Shown here piece after piece: positions 49,521 through 61,510 of a stretch of 64,000 nt of DNA (positions are counted from its first letter, which is position 1; each line of letters starts with the position of its first letter). Both the position numbers and the translations under genes were made by a program. The stretch is from positions 73,036,001-73,100,000 of the forward strand of contig NC_091481.1 in NCBI RefSeq assembly GCF_036971445.1, written 5' to 3'. This DNA comes from Narcine bancroftii (taxonomy: Eukaryota). The notes under the pieces were generated by a model that did not search any database, was not told the DNA's origin, and saw only the letters and a list, made by a program, of their open reading frames with translations.

Positions 49521-50519
49521 GGGAACACACATTCAAAGGTGTGATGAAGGTGAGGTGATTGGTAACGCGAAGAAACAATGCAGAAGGCGGAAAAAAAATT
49601 CTTCAGACACAAAAACCCAACAGGAAATGGTCCATCTGATGAGGAATTATTGATAGCACTAAATCCAAGGAAGAGGCTTATAAAGTAATTGGAAATGGTA
49701 AATCATAAAGAAGTTGAATCCAAAAAAAGAGCAAGATAGAATGTGAATGCAGACATAAACCATTACTGTATGAGAGTTTACCACTCTGTAAAAAAGATGA
49801 ATAAGGCTGTGTGGGCTCCCTGTAGAGAGACGGGATATTATAATGGGGAGTAAAGAAATGGCGGAGCTATCAAACAATTATTGTGCATCTATTTTCATCA
49901 AAGAAGCTGCTAAATATTTTGGAGAATTTGGAACTGAAGGAACTAAGTACAAATCAAAAAGCAGTACCTGTTTTAAATAACTTGAATTTGAAAGCTGCTA
50001 AATTCCATGAAACTGTTCCACCTCACTGTCTGCTATTTTGAAGATTGGTTTCTTGTACATGCCCTGAACTAGAATATTTCATTGATACTTCTTTCAATTT
50101 TTACCCTTACCTAGGTTAACAAGACTTCAACTCATTTCTTCCATGACTTTATCTAATTTGTGGGAACATCCTGAGTTTTCCTGCACCATTTCCTCTACCT
50201 TCCTTTCTGCCTCAAACTGTCCCTTTGCATGTGTTTTTTCAATTCTTGCCCTGGACCACAGTGGAGTTCCCCTTGTTCCCATCCTACCCCACAACTACCC
50301 TGACTTTAGATCCTTTTGCTCTGCTTCTTAGTACCATAGAACATTACAGCACAGAAACAGGCCCCTTCAGTCCTTCTAGTCTGTGCCAAACCATTTTTTT
50401 TTTTGCCTAGTCCCACTGACCTGCACCCAGTCCATATCCCTCCATACCCCTTCCATCCATGTTCCTGTCCAATTCCTCTTAAATGTTAAAATTGAGCCTG
50501 CATCAACCTGAGTCTCAAT

Positions 50520-51097
50520 GTGGACAAGATTCCTTGGTGTGCATATTAGGGGTGACCTATCCTGGACTCGCCACACCTGCTCATTAGTCAAGAAGGTGCA
50601 GCAGTGCCTACACTTACTCAGGAGGCTGAGGAGGGCAAGGGCTACCGCACCCATCTTGACATCCTCTTACAGGAGCACAATCGAGTGTCCTGTCCGGCTG
50701 CATCATTGTGTAAGGTGGTAGGTGCAGAGGATCATTAAAACATCCAAGAGGATCACTGGGGTCTCCTTTCCTCTACCGATGACATTTACTTGGAGCGTTG
50801 TCTAAATAGGGCTCAAGAAATTATTGAAGACCCTTTCCATCCAGTGCACATTATCAACTCACTACCATGAAGAGGGAGGTATAGGAGCATTGAAATCAGG
50901 ACTGCCTCACTGGAGAACAGCTTCTTCTTGCAAGCCCTGAGACTGATAAACAATATCCCACTCCAAATATTTATGTATATTCATTGCGATTATGTTATTT
51001 GATCATTATGTACTGTGCATTGCATGAACACCGTGGACTGGGAGATGCTGTTTTGTAGGGTTGTATATGAACAATCAAATGATAATAAACTTGAATT
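50520..51097 (+). mobile_element. Rex1/Babar LINE 3' fragment
   Basis: TRFLGVHIRGDLSWTRHT..LVKKVQQCLHLLRRLRR; AATAAACTTGAA tail. Confidence 0.82.
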
Positions 51098-51619
51098 TGG
51101 TCCACAAAGAGGGTGATAGAATCCATCAGGTTAATGGCACTGAATGGAGCATAAATGCAATTAGTGCAGGGTTTCTGTCAGTAGACTTAAGGGGTGGGTG
51201 GGGCTGAAGGACCTGTTTCAATGTATTTCAGGTGAATGACCTTTCATGTTTTCACAGTGCAGCTGGCATTGATTTCTGTTCTTGAACAATCAGTCAGAGT
51301 GCTAAATCGAATTGTTTATTGTCATGTGTACCAAAGTACAGTGTAAAGCTTTGTTTTGCATGCTATCTAAACAAGTCAATGTGCACTTAAGTACAGGAGT
51401 TAGCGCAAATGATTGAACAAGTTTGCAGGATAGAGTGCTATCGGATGTCATAGAATGGCAGGGTGTAGTGTTACAAAGACCAAATGCAGGGTACAGAGCA
51501 AAGCATCATCTCTTACCAGCTAGAGGACCATTTAAGAATTTATCTCCAGGAAACATAAGAAATAGAAGCATGTGGAGGCTATATCTGAGAATAAGGGGGA
51601 TCCTCATAGAAACATTTTG

Positions 51620-53820
51620 AATTTAAATAAAGGGAATTATGATGGTATGAGACGGGAGTTGAGTAAGATTGATTGGGTGGTGTTTATGGGGGAGTTGACT
51701 GTGGATAGACAATGGAAAGCATTCACAGATCTAATGGAGAAATTGCAAAAATCGTTTATACCGGTTTGGCATAAAAATAAACCAAAAAAGGTGACTCAAC
51801 CGTGGATAACAAGGGAAATTAGAGACAGCATTGGGTCCAAAGAGAGAGCATATCAATTAGCCAAAAAAAGTACCGCAACCGAAGACTGGGAGCAGTTCAA
51901 GATGCAGCAAAGGAGGACAAAGGGATTAATCAAGAGAGCAAAAATAAATTATGAAAGTAAGCTTGCGGCAAATATAAAAACCGACTGCAAAAGCTTTTAT
52001 AAATATGTCAAGAGGAAAAGATTGGTGAAATCCAGAGTAGGTCCTTTGAAGTCGGAATCAGGGGAATATATAATGGGGAATAAGGAAATGGCAGACCAAT
52101 TAAATTCTTACTTTAGTTCTGTTTTTACAAGAGAGGATACAAATAACCTCCCAAGGATGTTGGGAAACATAGAGACTAATGCAAGGGAGGAACTGAAAGA
52201 AATCAGTATCTCTAAGGACATGGTCTTGGGGAAATTGATGGGATTGAAGGCAGATAAATCCCAAGGGCCTGATAATCTACATCCTAGGGTACTCAAGGAA
52301 GTGGCCATTCAGATAGCAGATGCTTTAAGAATTATTTTCCAGAACTCGATAGACTCAGGATCAGTACCCATGGATTGGAGGGTAGCTAATGTTACCCCAC
52401 TATTTAAAAAGGGGGTAGAGAAAAAGCGGGGAATTATCGGCCGGTGAGCCTTACATCAGTAGTGGGCAAAATGATGGAATCCATTATTAAGGATGTAATA
52501 GCGGAGCATATGACTAGCAGAGAAGGGATCGGACGGAGTCAACATGGATTTACAAAAGGTAAATCGTGCTTGACAAATCTATTGGAATTCTTTGAGATGG
52601 TGACAGGTAAAATAGATGGGGGAGAGCCAGTGAATGTGGACTTCCAAAAGGCCTTTGATAAGGTCCCGCATAAACGACTGGCTTCCAAAATCAAGGCTCA
52701 TGGGATTGGGGGCAAAGTATTGATGTGGATTGAGAACTGGCTGGCAGGTAGAAGACAGAGAGTTGGGATAAATGGCTCGTTTTCTGAGTGGCAGGCGGTG
52801 ACCAGTAGGGTACCACAGGGATCTGTACTGGGACCCCAGCTGTTCACAATTTACATTAATGATCTGGATGAGGGGATTGGATGTAATATCTCCAAATTTG
52901 CAGATGACACTAAGCTAGGAGGGGTTGTGTGCACGGAAGACGGGGTCAGGAAGCTCCAGTGTGATTTGGATAAATTGAGGGACTGGGCAGATACATGGCA
53001 AATGCACTACAATGTGGATAAATGTGAGGTTATCCACTTTGGTAATACAAACCAGAGGGCAGATTACTATTTGAATGGCACTAGATTTAAGAGATGGGGA
53101 AGTGCAGAGAGACCTAGGGGTACTTGTACATCAGTCTCTGAAGGCGAGCATGCTGATACAGCAGGTGGTTAAAAAAGCAAATGGTATGTTGGCCTTCATA
53201 TCAAGAGGGTCTGAGTATAGGAACAAGGATACCTTACTGCAGCTGTACAGGGCCTTGGTGAGATCACACCTGGAGTATTATGTGCAGTTTTGGTCACCTT
53301 ATCTAAGGAAGGATGTTCTTGCAATGGAGGAAGTGCAGAGGCGATTCACCAGGCTGATACCTGGAATGGCAGGAATGACTTATGAGGAAAGATTGCGCAA
53401 ACTGGGATTGTACTCGCTGGAGTTTAGAAGATTGAGAGGGGATCTCATAGAGACCTATAAAATTCTGGCAGGACTGGACAAAATGGATGCAGATGGGATG
53501 TTTCCAAGGATGGGAAAATCCAGAACCCGGGGCCATGGTTTGAGGATAATAGGCAAACCATTTAGGACCGAGATGAGGAGGAATTTCTTTACCCAGAGGG
53601 TGGTGAATCTTTGGAATTCATTGCCACAGAGGGCAGTAGAGGCAGGTTCATTAAATATATTTAAGAGGGAATTAGATCTATTTCTTCAGTATAAGGGTAT
53701 TAAAGGTTATGGAGAGAAGGCGGGGACGGGGTACTGAACTTTAAGATCAGCCATGATCTCGTTGAATGGCGGAGCAGGCTCGAATGACCTACTCCTGCTC
53801 CTATCTTCTATGTTTCTATG
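51620..53820 (+). mobile_element. Young 5'-truncated CR1 LINE, ORF2 with RT nearly intact (two frameshifts)
   Basis: ORFs 51572-52447, 52444-53172 and 53075-53737 give GPDNLHPRVLKE, DFQKAFDKVPH, VPQGSVLGP, KFADDTKL; ends in (TTCTATG)-type tail. Confidence 0.95.
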
Positions 53821-54299
53821 AATATTTTAGAGTAGATGTGGCAAAGTTGTTACCCATGGAAGGGGAGTCATGGACAAGAGGGCACAACCACGATTGAAGG
53901 GCATCTGTCGAGAACAGATGCCGAAGAATATTTTTCAGCCACGACCTTCCTTTCTGCCTCAACTGTCCCCAGGCGGCTGTGGAGTCCGGGTCATTGGGTG
54001 TATTTAAGGCAGAGATTGAAAGGTTCTTCTCAACTGAGGATCCAAGGTTTTGGGGAGAAGGCCAGGCTGAGTGGGAGAATGATTAAATGGTGGGGCAGAT
54101 GGGATATTGACAGATATGATAAATTGTACTTAGTCCCTGATCACATCCAATTAGCACCTTTTGTTGGTCTGGATTCCTCCCCATTGTTTGAATTGGGAGA
54201 CTTTCTGCTATTCCCCGCTTCTGCCTTTTCCTTGAAGAAGGGCTCAGGCCCGAAACGTCGGCACTATATTTCTGACTCCTGTAGGCGTTTTAATAGGGC

Positions 54300-55330
54300 C
54301 GGCTGAGCCCCTCCAGCATGTCGGAGCGTTGACGACAACCGCAACGTCTGCACACCACAAGCTCAGGGCCTGCAGGCCGGGGTGGCCAGCCACGTGGCCG
54401 GCGCCTGCGCAGCCGCCCCCTGCACTACCGACTCCGGCCAGCCGCGGCGCCCGCGGCCCACGGATCCCAGCGCGGGGAATCATTTTCCCTGTCACCCTGG
54501 CAACGGCCCCCTCGTGTCCCCAGTCCGACGCAAGGCCACCCCCTCGGGCCGATCACCAACCGGACATCAGGACGGGTTCCTCGCCGCGTGTTAGGCTCGG
54601 TGACCGCCCTTCGCTTCTGCAGCCCAAGTGCCGGACCAAGCACACCACCCGCGCTGATTCCCAGCAGAGGGCGGCAGTTCCCGCCATCGGCGCCGTTGGA
54701 TTGGCGGCAGAGGTACGAGCATGCGCACGGAGTGGGGGGGGGGGTGAAGAACAGGCGGTTGATGATCGAGCATGCGCGCGTGACGACAGGCGGCCGAGGT
54801 CCACGCGCCCCCGAGGCTCGGGCCGCGGGTGAACGTGCGCGCGCCCGGGGCCTCGCGGCGGAGGCCGGACGCGCGGGCAGGGCTCGGGGAGGACGGGCGT
54901 GCGCGCCCTCGCGGCCGAGGGACGTGCGCGCGCCCAGGCCATTTTCCAGTGCCTGTTTTCCGCTGCCGCCAGCGCTGTTCCGCGCGGTGAGAGTCAGCGC
55001 CGCTGCCGAACCCCGACGCTCCGGCTCCAGACACCGGGTGCAGGCCGGCACCCCACCGCCACCCGCCGGGGTTCGTTGCACCGAGCCGGGGGGGTGGGCC
55101 CGCCCGCGTCCCGTGCGCCGCCTCTGCCCTGAGTCCGAGTGCCGGCCCTCTCCACACACCCACCGCCCCCCGCCATGGCGGCCGAGCCCGGGCCTGTCCC
55201 TGAGCGGATGGTGCGAGGGCTGAAGCGGGACGAGCCGGGAGACGCAGCGGCAGCCGAAGCCAAGAGGCAGCGGCTGGAGGCTGCCGTGATCCCGGGGTGA
55301 GAACGGCATGAGCAGTGAGGCCACGCAGGT
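54300..55330 (+). promoter_or_regulatory. CpG island promoter of an unidentified gene
   Basis: Very CpG-dense; two NRF1-like GAGCATGCGC sites (~54718, ~54768); inverted CCAAT (ATTGG ~54700). Confidence 0.8.
55175..55328 (+). CDS. Probable first coding exon of an unidentified gene (MAAEPGPVPERMVRGLKRDEPGDAAAAEAKRQRLE...)
   Basis: Strong Kozak CCGCCATGG in a CpG island; NLS-like KRQRLE; candidate donors GG|GTGAGA (55296) and CAG|GTAAGG (55328); exact end uncertain. Confidence 0.55.
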
Positions 55331-55439
55331 AAGGGGGAGAGGGGAGTAGGGGCAGCGGGGGTCCTGATTCCCGTCCTGGAGGGACTCCTCCCCTCTTCTC
55401 TCCCTCACTAGGAGGGTTCCCCCAACCACTGGCTATCCC

Positions 55440-57215
55440 CTCTTCCCCCCCCACACTGGGAGGGTCCCCTCTTTTCCCCCCCCCCACTGGGAGGGTCCCC
55501 TCTTCCCCCCCCCCCACTGGGAGGGTCCCCTCTTCCCCCCCCCCACTGGGAGGGTCCCCTCTTCCCCCCCCCCCACTGGGAGGGTCCCCTCTTCCCCCCC
55601 CACTGGGAGGGTCCCCTCTTCCCCCCCCACTGGGAGGGTCCCCTCTTCCCCCCCCACTGGGAGGGTCCCCTCTTCCCCCCCCACTGGGAGGGTCCCCTCT
55701 TTCCCCCCCCCCACTGGGAGGGTCCCCTCTTCCTCCCCCCCACTGGGAGGGTCCCCTCTTCCTCCCCCCCACTGGGAGGGTCCCCTCTTCCTCCCCCCCC
55801 ACTGGGAGGGTCCCCTCTTTCCCCCCCCCACTGGGAGGGTCCCCTCTTTCCCCCCCCCCATTGGGAGGGTCCCCTCTTTCCCCCCCCCCACTGGGAGGGT
55901 CACCTCTTTTCCCCCCCCCCACTGGGAGGGTCACCTCTTTCCCCCCCCCACTGGGAGGGTCACCTCTCCCCCCCCCCCACTGGGAGGGTCACCTCTCCCC
56001 CCCCCCACTGGGAGGGTCACCTCTTCCCCCCCCCCCACTGGGAGGGTCACCTCTTCCCCCCCCCCCACTGGGAGGGTCACCTCTTCCCCCCCCCCCCACT
56101 GGGAGGGTCACCTCTTCCCCCCCCCCCCACTGGGAGGGTCACCTCTTCCCCCCCCCCCACTGGGAGGGTCACCTCTTCCCCCCCCCACTGGGAGGGTCAC
56201 CTCTTCCCCCCCCCACTGGGAGGGTCCCCTCTTCCCCCCCCCCACTGGGAGGGTCCCCTCTTCCCCCCCCCCCACTGGGAGGGTCCCCTCTTCCCCCCCC
56301 CCCCACTGGGAGGGTCCCCTCTTCCCCCCCCCCCACTGGGAGGGTCCCCTCTTCCCCCCCCCCACTGGGAGGGTCCCCTCTTCCCCCCCCCCCACTGGGA
56401 GGGTCCCCTCTTCCCCCCCCCCCCCCACTGGGAGGGTCCCCTCTTCCCCCCCCCCCCCCCCACTGGGAGGGTCCCCTCTTCCCCCCCCCCCCCACTGGGA
56501 GGGTCCCCTCTCCCCCCCCCCCCACTGGGAGGGTCCCCTCTTCCCCCCCCCCCCACTGGGAGGGTCCCCTCTTCCCCCCCCCCACTGGGAGGGTCCCCTC
56601 TACCCCCCCCACTGGGAGGGTCCCCTCTTCCCCCCCCCCACTGGGAGGGTCCCCTCTTCCCCCCCCCCACTGGGAGGGTCCCCTCTTCCCCCCCCCCACT
56701 GGGAGGGTCCCCTCTTCCCCCCCCCCACTGGGAGGGTCCCCTCTTCCCCCCCCCCCACTGGGAGGGTCCCCTCTTCCCCCCCACTGGGAGGGTCCCCTCT
56801 TCCCCCCCACTGGGAGGGTCCCCTCTTCCCCCCCACTGGGAGGGTCCCCTCTTCCCCCCCACTGGGAGGGTCCCCTCTTCCCCCCCCACTGGGAGGGTCC
56901 CCTCTTCCCCCCCCACTGGGAGGGTCCCCTCTTCCCCCCCCACTGGGAGGGTCCCCTCTTCCCCCCCCACTGGGAGGGTCCCCTCTTCCCCCCCCACTGG
57001 GAGGGTCCCCTCTTCCCCCCCCACTGGGAGGGTCCCCTCTTCCCCCCCCACTGGGAGGGTCCCCTCTTCCCCCCCCACTGGGAGGGTCCCCTCTTCCCCC
57101 CCCCACTGGGAGGGTCCCCTCTTCCCCCCCCACTGGGAGGGTCCCCTCTTCCCCCCCCACTGGGAGGGTCCCCTCTTCCCCCCCACTGGGAGGGTCCCCT
57201 CTTCCCCCCCCCACC
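55440..57215 (+). repeat. ~27-33-bp minisatellite CACTGGGAGGGTCCCCTCTT(C)n (~60 copies)
   Basis: Read directly; a GGTCACC variant block lies at ~55890-56205. Confidence 0.96.
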
Positions 57216-57514
57216 CACTAGGTGGCAGTCTGAAGGTGTGGTCCTTCTTGGTTCACCCTCTGGCAGAGTGAAACCAGTCTTTTCACAGCTTGGAGTGAGA
57301 CGGATGGCCCTTGCCTCCAACTCCCTGGTGTGATACTGGGCACCTGCCCCACCTCACTGAGACTGGGCCTGGCCCCAGTCTGGTTGCCACCAGTCAGTCA
57401 AAAGGCTTATGGGGACAGTGGAGCCGGCACACCATCTCCAACATGTGTCTGAGTGCCTGCATCTCCCATTGCTAGTCAGTTCCCGGTATAGAATGGGGTC
57501 AGTAATGGGGATAG

Positions 57515-58296
57515 GAGTAAAACACGAGAACCTCCAGACACTGGTTGAGGTAAAAACAAGATGCTGGAGAAATTCAGCAGGTCTTTGTCCTTTATTAAGC
57601 ACAGATAAAGGTAAATAACCAATATTTCAGGCTTGAGCCCTTAATCAAGGAATGGATGAGATTTAGGCAGATGCACAAACAAAATGTTGGGCTGGGGAAG
57701 GAGCACACTTAAATTTACAGGTGGTCATGGTTTGGCAGTACCTGAGAACAAGGATGGACGTATCAGCGCAGGAGTGGGGCGCAGAATTAAAATTGTTGAC
57801 CACTGGTCTGCATCTTGTCATGGATGTGGACAGAACTAAGGTGTTCAGCGAAATGATCTGTCAATCTGTGTCCAGCCTCTTTGGTGTAGAGAAGGTCAAG
57901 ACCACCTGTAAATTGGAGGAGCGACACCTAATATTCCATTCGATCTGGGCATTCTCCAATCGGACGGACTGCATAAACATTGACTTTTCTTGGTTTCTGC
58001 TGGACTGTTCTCCCCATCCCTCTATCTCCTTTTCTCCAGCTCTCCACCTGCTTCCCATGCCATTCACAGAACCCCCCCCACCATCATTTGCTCATGTGCC
58101 CTCCCTCCCTTATCCTATTGCTCTCTGCCTTTGTGTCTGTGCTCCTCCCCCTGCCTATCTCCCCCCACCACCATTTTATTCATATGCCTGCCTACATTCT
58201 GTTCATACCTTGATGTAGGGCTCAAGTCCGAAACGTTGGCTGTGTATCTTTATCTTCTCTGTTTGAGCTGCTGAGTTTCTCCAGCATTGTGTTTTT
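57515..58296. mobile_element. Penelope-like element with inverted termini and GIY-YIG remnants in both orientations
   Basis: Left arm 57552-57650; TCKLEERHLIF...CINIDFS on + (57900-57990); antisense RLTDHFAEHL-like at 57835-57870; right arm 58200-58296. Confidence 0.75.
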
Positions 58297-60999
58297 ATAT
58301 CAACATCGGGAATGGTGATTTGTATCGGGGAAGGATAATTTCTCTGCACTATATTATTGTATGGGGACAGTGAGGATGAATCCATCTGGCCAGATGGTGC
58401 AAACTGCACTCATTTTGTTTAATGTCTCTTGAAATGTTCACAATTACAACAATGTCTCCAGATGTTGTTAAGTTTGTTGTTTTTTGAATGGGCTGACTGA
58501 TGATTGACTAGATTGCAAGGACTGGTGAGGTAAATCCAACTATCTAAATTATTCAGTCAATTTTGAAATGTTAAAACCTCTGTTGTGGCCAAATAAGAAG
58601 TTTGCAAAAGCAAATTGGATGTGAAGGTAATTTGATTTTAAAAATGTCACTATTTGAATTAATTGTCGTAGACTTAGTATTTACATTGAATCACAACCAG
58701 ATATCACATAAAGTCCTATTCATCGACATGGGAGTAAGGATAAAGTAATTTAATTTTCGGTGATATTTTCCTTTTCTAATTTGAATAGCTGTAATTTCAC
58801 AACTTTCAAAAGGATTTAAAAGTGACTTGCTGAATGCCTCTCTGTGCTTTTTCTTGGTCTGGTAAAGAGGTAGTTAAAATAAATGTTGCTTTATTTTGTG
58901 GATTGTTGCATAGAATCTTTGTTTGATTTTTCATTATTATAAACATCATGTAAATTTGTAAGTTACGAATCCTGTAAGTGAGTGCACATTATGAAAATTT
59001 ACCTTGGATGAATGGGAAATCAATCTTCTGTTTGTATTTATTTAAATAACTTTGGATGTGAAATGCTTTTTTGTGGGGGGGGGGGGGGGGGAAGTGATGC
59101 AAATAGATTGGTTCCTAATAATTAATGTACATGTAATATACTGCTGAGAGTGTGAGGGTAATGACAAAACAATGGCAAGTGTCAGTGCATAGTGATTTGT
59201 CCTGTGTGGTACTGTGGCTGAGTGAACCTGTGTCAGGTACCACGTCACACTGGACATATACCCCTGACACAAGTTCACTCAGCCAAAGTACCACACCACA
59301 CCAGATCTCTCAAACAGATGAGAATTGGCGATTGGCCAATGAAGGAAATGAAATAATAGTAACTAAAGACAATATTGTTTCCAAAAGGGAGTTCCAGGGC
59401 TTGAGATCTAGATGGCTTTTCATATTTCAGATAAGAATTTTATCTATCTGAAATCCAAATGAAAGCACTGTCATTTTCTATTGTTGTATCATTATTGGTG
59501 AACATTCTGCATGGTATGTAGTCTAACAAATTTTGTCTGATGCCAAACTCTCAAAACGAACACAATTCCCACATTAGAAATGGTTACTGGGCAGACAGGA
59601 AATCAAGGATGTACTCAGCCTAATTGAAGAAATGCAACATCTCTCCTAACTCTGATCTCGCACCCACGATCACTCAAATTGGAGCTGGAGTATTCAGAAT
59701 GATACTGAGAACCCGATGTCCTTGATTCAAGAATGGACAACCTCACAGACTACCTACCTACCTGCCCCTTCTATGAAAGGTCTGCATTTCCAACATTCGC
59801 ATCAGCAGGCACTTCAGAATCATAGTGCGTGAAAGTCAGCTGAAGTAGCTTTGCAGTCTCTGTAAAAGGAAATGTTATGGAGTGTTTCTAATCCTGATTG
59901 TTGACAAGTATCTTCAAGCAGGATAAACAGAAAGCTGAAATTTTCTTTCCACAGCTCTCAGGCTCTTGAACCTCTCCTTGTTACACAAATTAGGAATTTG
60001 CTCTGACACCACAAAAGGACTGTCTGGATTATTGCAGTCATTTTTCTTTCCACGAGGATGACTGAATATTTTTTTTGTCTTTATTGTCACTTAAACACTT
60101 AGTATGTAGTTTTTCATTAATTTGTAGTTGGGTTGTTTTCCTGCAGCCAGTAAGAATTTTGATGCCTGTGTACAATGTATATATGACAATAAGTTCATTC
60201 TCTTACCTCATTCAGAAGGTTGGGAGGAGAAAGGATTACACTCAACTCTCATTCACAGTGTGCTTCATTGCTTTGCTGATCAGAGCTAAAGTGTTCCACC
60301 AAGCTGTAGATGTGCGCTTATGTAGATGTATGGATGTATGCATGGATATGTAGAGATAGGGTAAGCATTTTACCAACCAACTTGTTCCATACAGTTTATG
60401 TCTATAGCCCTAACCATAAAAATCACTGCTTGAACTTCATGTAATTATAAGTTGAAACATATAGATATCTCCATGTCTAACTTGGAATAATTTAGGATTG
60501 CAGTTGAGAATACGATGATATTTAGTCTCTTCTTAAGAGACTAAAGCACCGTGTTCTCATGAGTGTTAGATTGTAAAACAAGCATTAACAGATTTTGTAA
60601 ATTTTTGAATATGTTCAATGATTCAAAACTTACTGTTTTGAAACTCTGTGATGTATATTCTAAGTTTAAGGTGAAGCTTGTTCAGATTCGACTTGGATTG
60701 GAGACATCCTACTTCACTAAATATAGTTTCACTTATGATGGTGAGTTCTGTGCATCCTTTCACTCGTGATATTCCTGTTGTAAGAAAATGTTCAAGGGGC
60801 AGTGATCTTGGCCTGTGGAGAAGAGCATGTCTGAGAATTGCATCTTGTCTATTATAGTTTTTGTAATGGTACTTTTGATAGGCGCACTTGACTTGGTGAG
60901 TAGACAGCTAGGAAATGAATTTGAATCTCCTTCATTAAATTAAAGAAGGTGTTTGCAGTTTTTATGGACCAGTTGTGTGAAATATTTACAGTATGTATA

Positions 61000-61510
61000 T
61001 GATGAGTTTATTGTCATACATGTACAAATCATATGTATCAAAATTTCTTGCTGCAGCTGAACAGGTACTTGCAAAGAAATCTTTAATAGTAAACTAATTG
61101 AATTAAATTTAAATCATACAATAGGTAAATATTCACAGTAATTCTAGATTTTTAAAAATGACTTGCAGTAGTACAAACAATTCTTTTGTGCTTCCTGAGC
61201 TGTAGTCTAAGATTAGTGTACCAAGAGAATGTTCAAGAGTCTGAAAGCTGATGGAAACCTAGGGGTGTTCCTTCTGCCTGAAGGTAGCAGTGAGAATAGA
61301 GTGTGACTAGGGTGATGGGAGTTCTTTACGATGTTGGCCGCCATCCTGAGGCGGTGCCTCGCATAGAAGTCTGCAATGGAGCGGAGGACAGAGACTGTGG
61401 CTGGATCTGGCTATGTTTACCATCTCCAGCAGCCTCCAATTCTGAACACTTGAATTACCAAACCAGACTGATGCAGCCAGCCAGGACACTTTCCATAGTG
61501 TTTCTGTGGC
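61000..61510 (-). mobile_element. Rex1/Babar LINE 3' fragment
   Basis: ETLWKVSWLAASVWFGNSSVQNWRLLEMVNIA... and ILTATFR/LLPSGR remnants on the minus strand. Confidence 0.7.

Noticed and set aside
54244-57333. Many overlapping 100-490 aa ORFs
   Set aside because: Stop-poor CpG island and minisatellite with no domain signature
60671-60740. Possible internal exon (AAG|GTGAAG...GATG|GTGAGT) of the 55-kb gene
   Set aside because: Good donor but weak acceptor and no recognisable peptide; unsupported without RNA data
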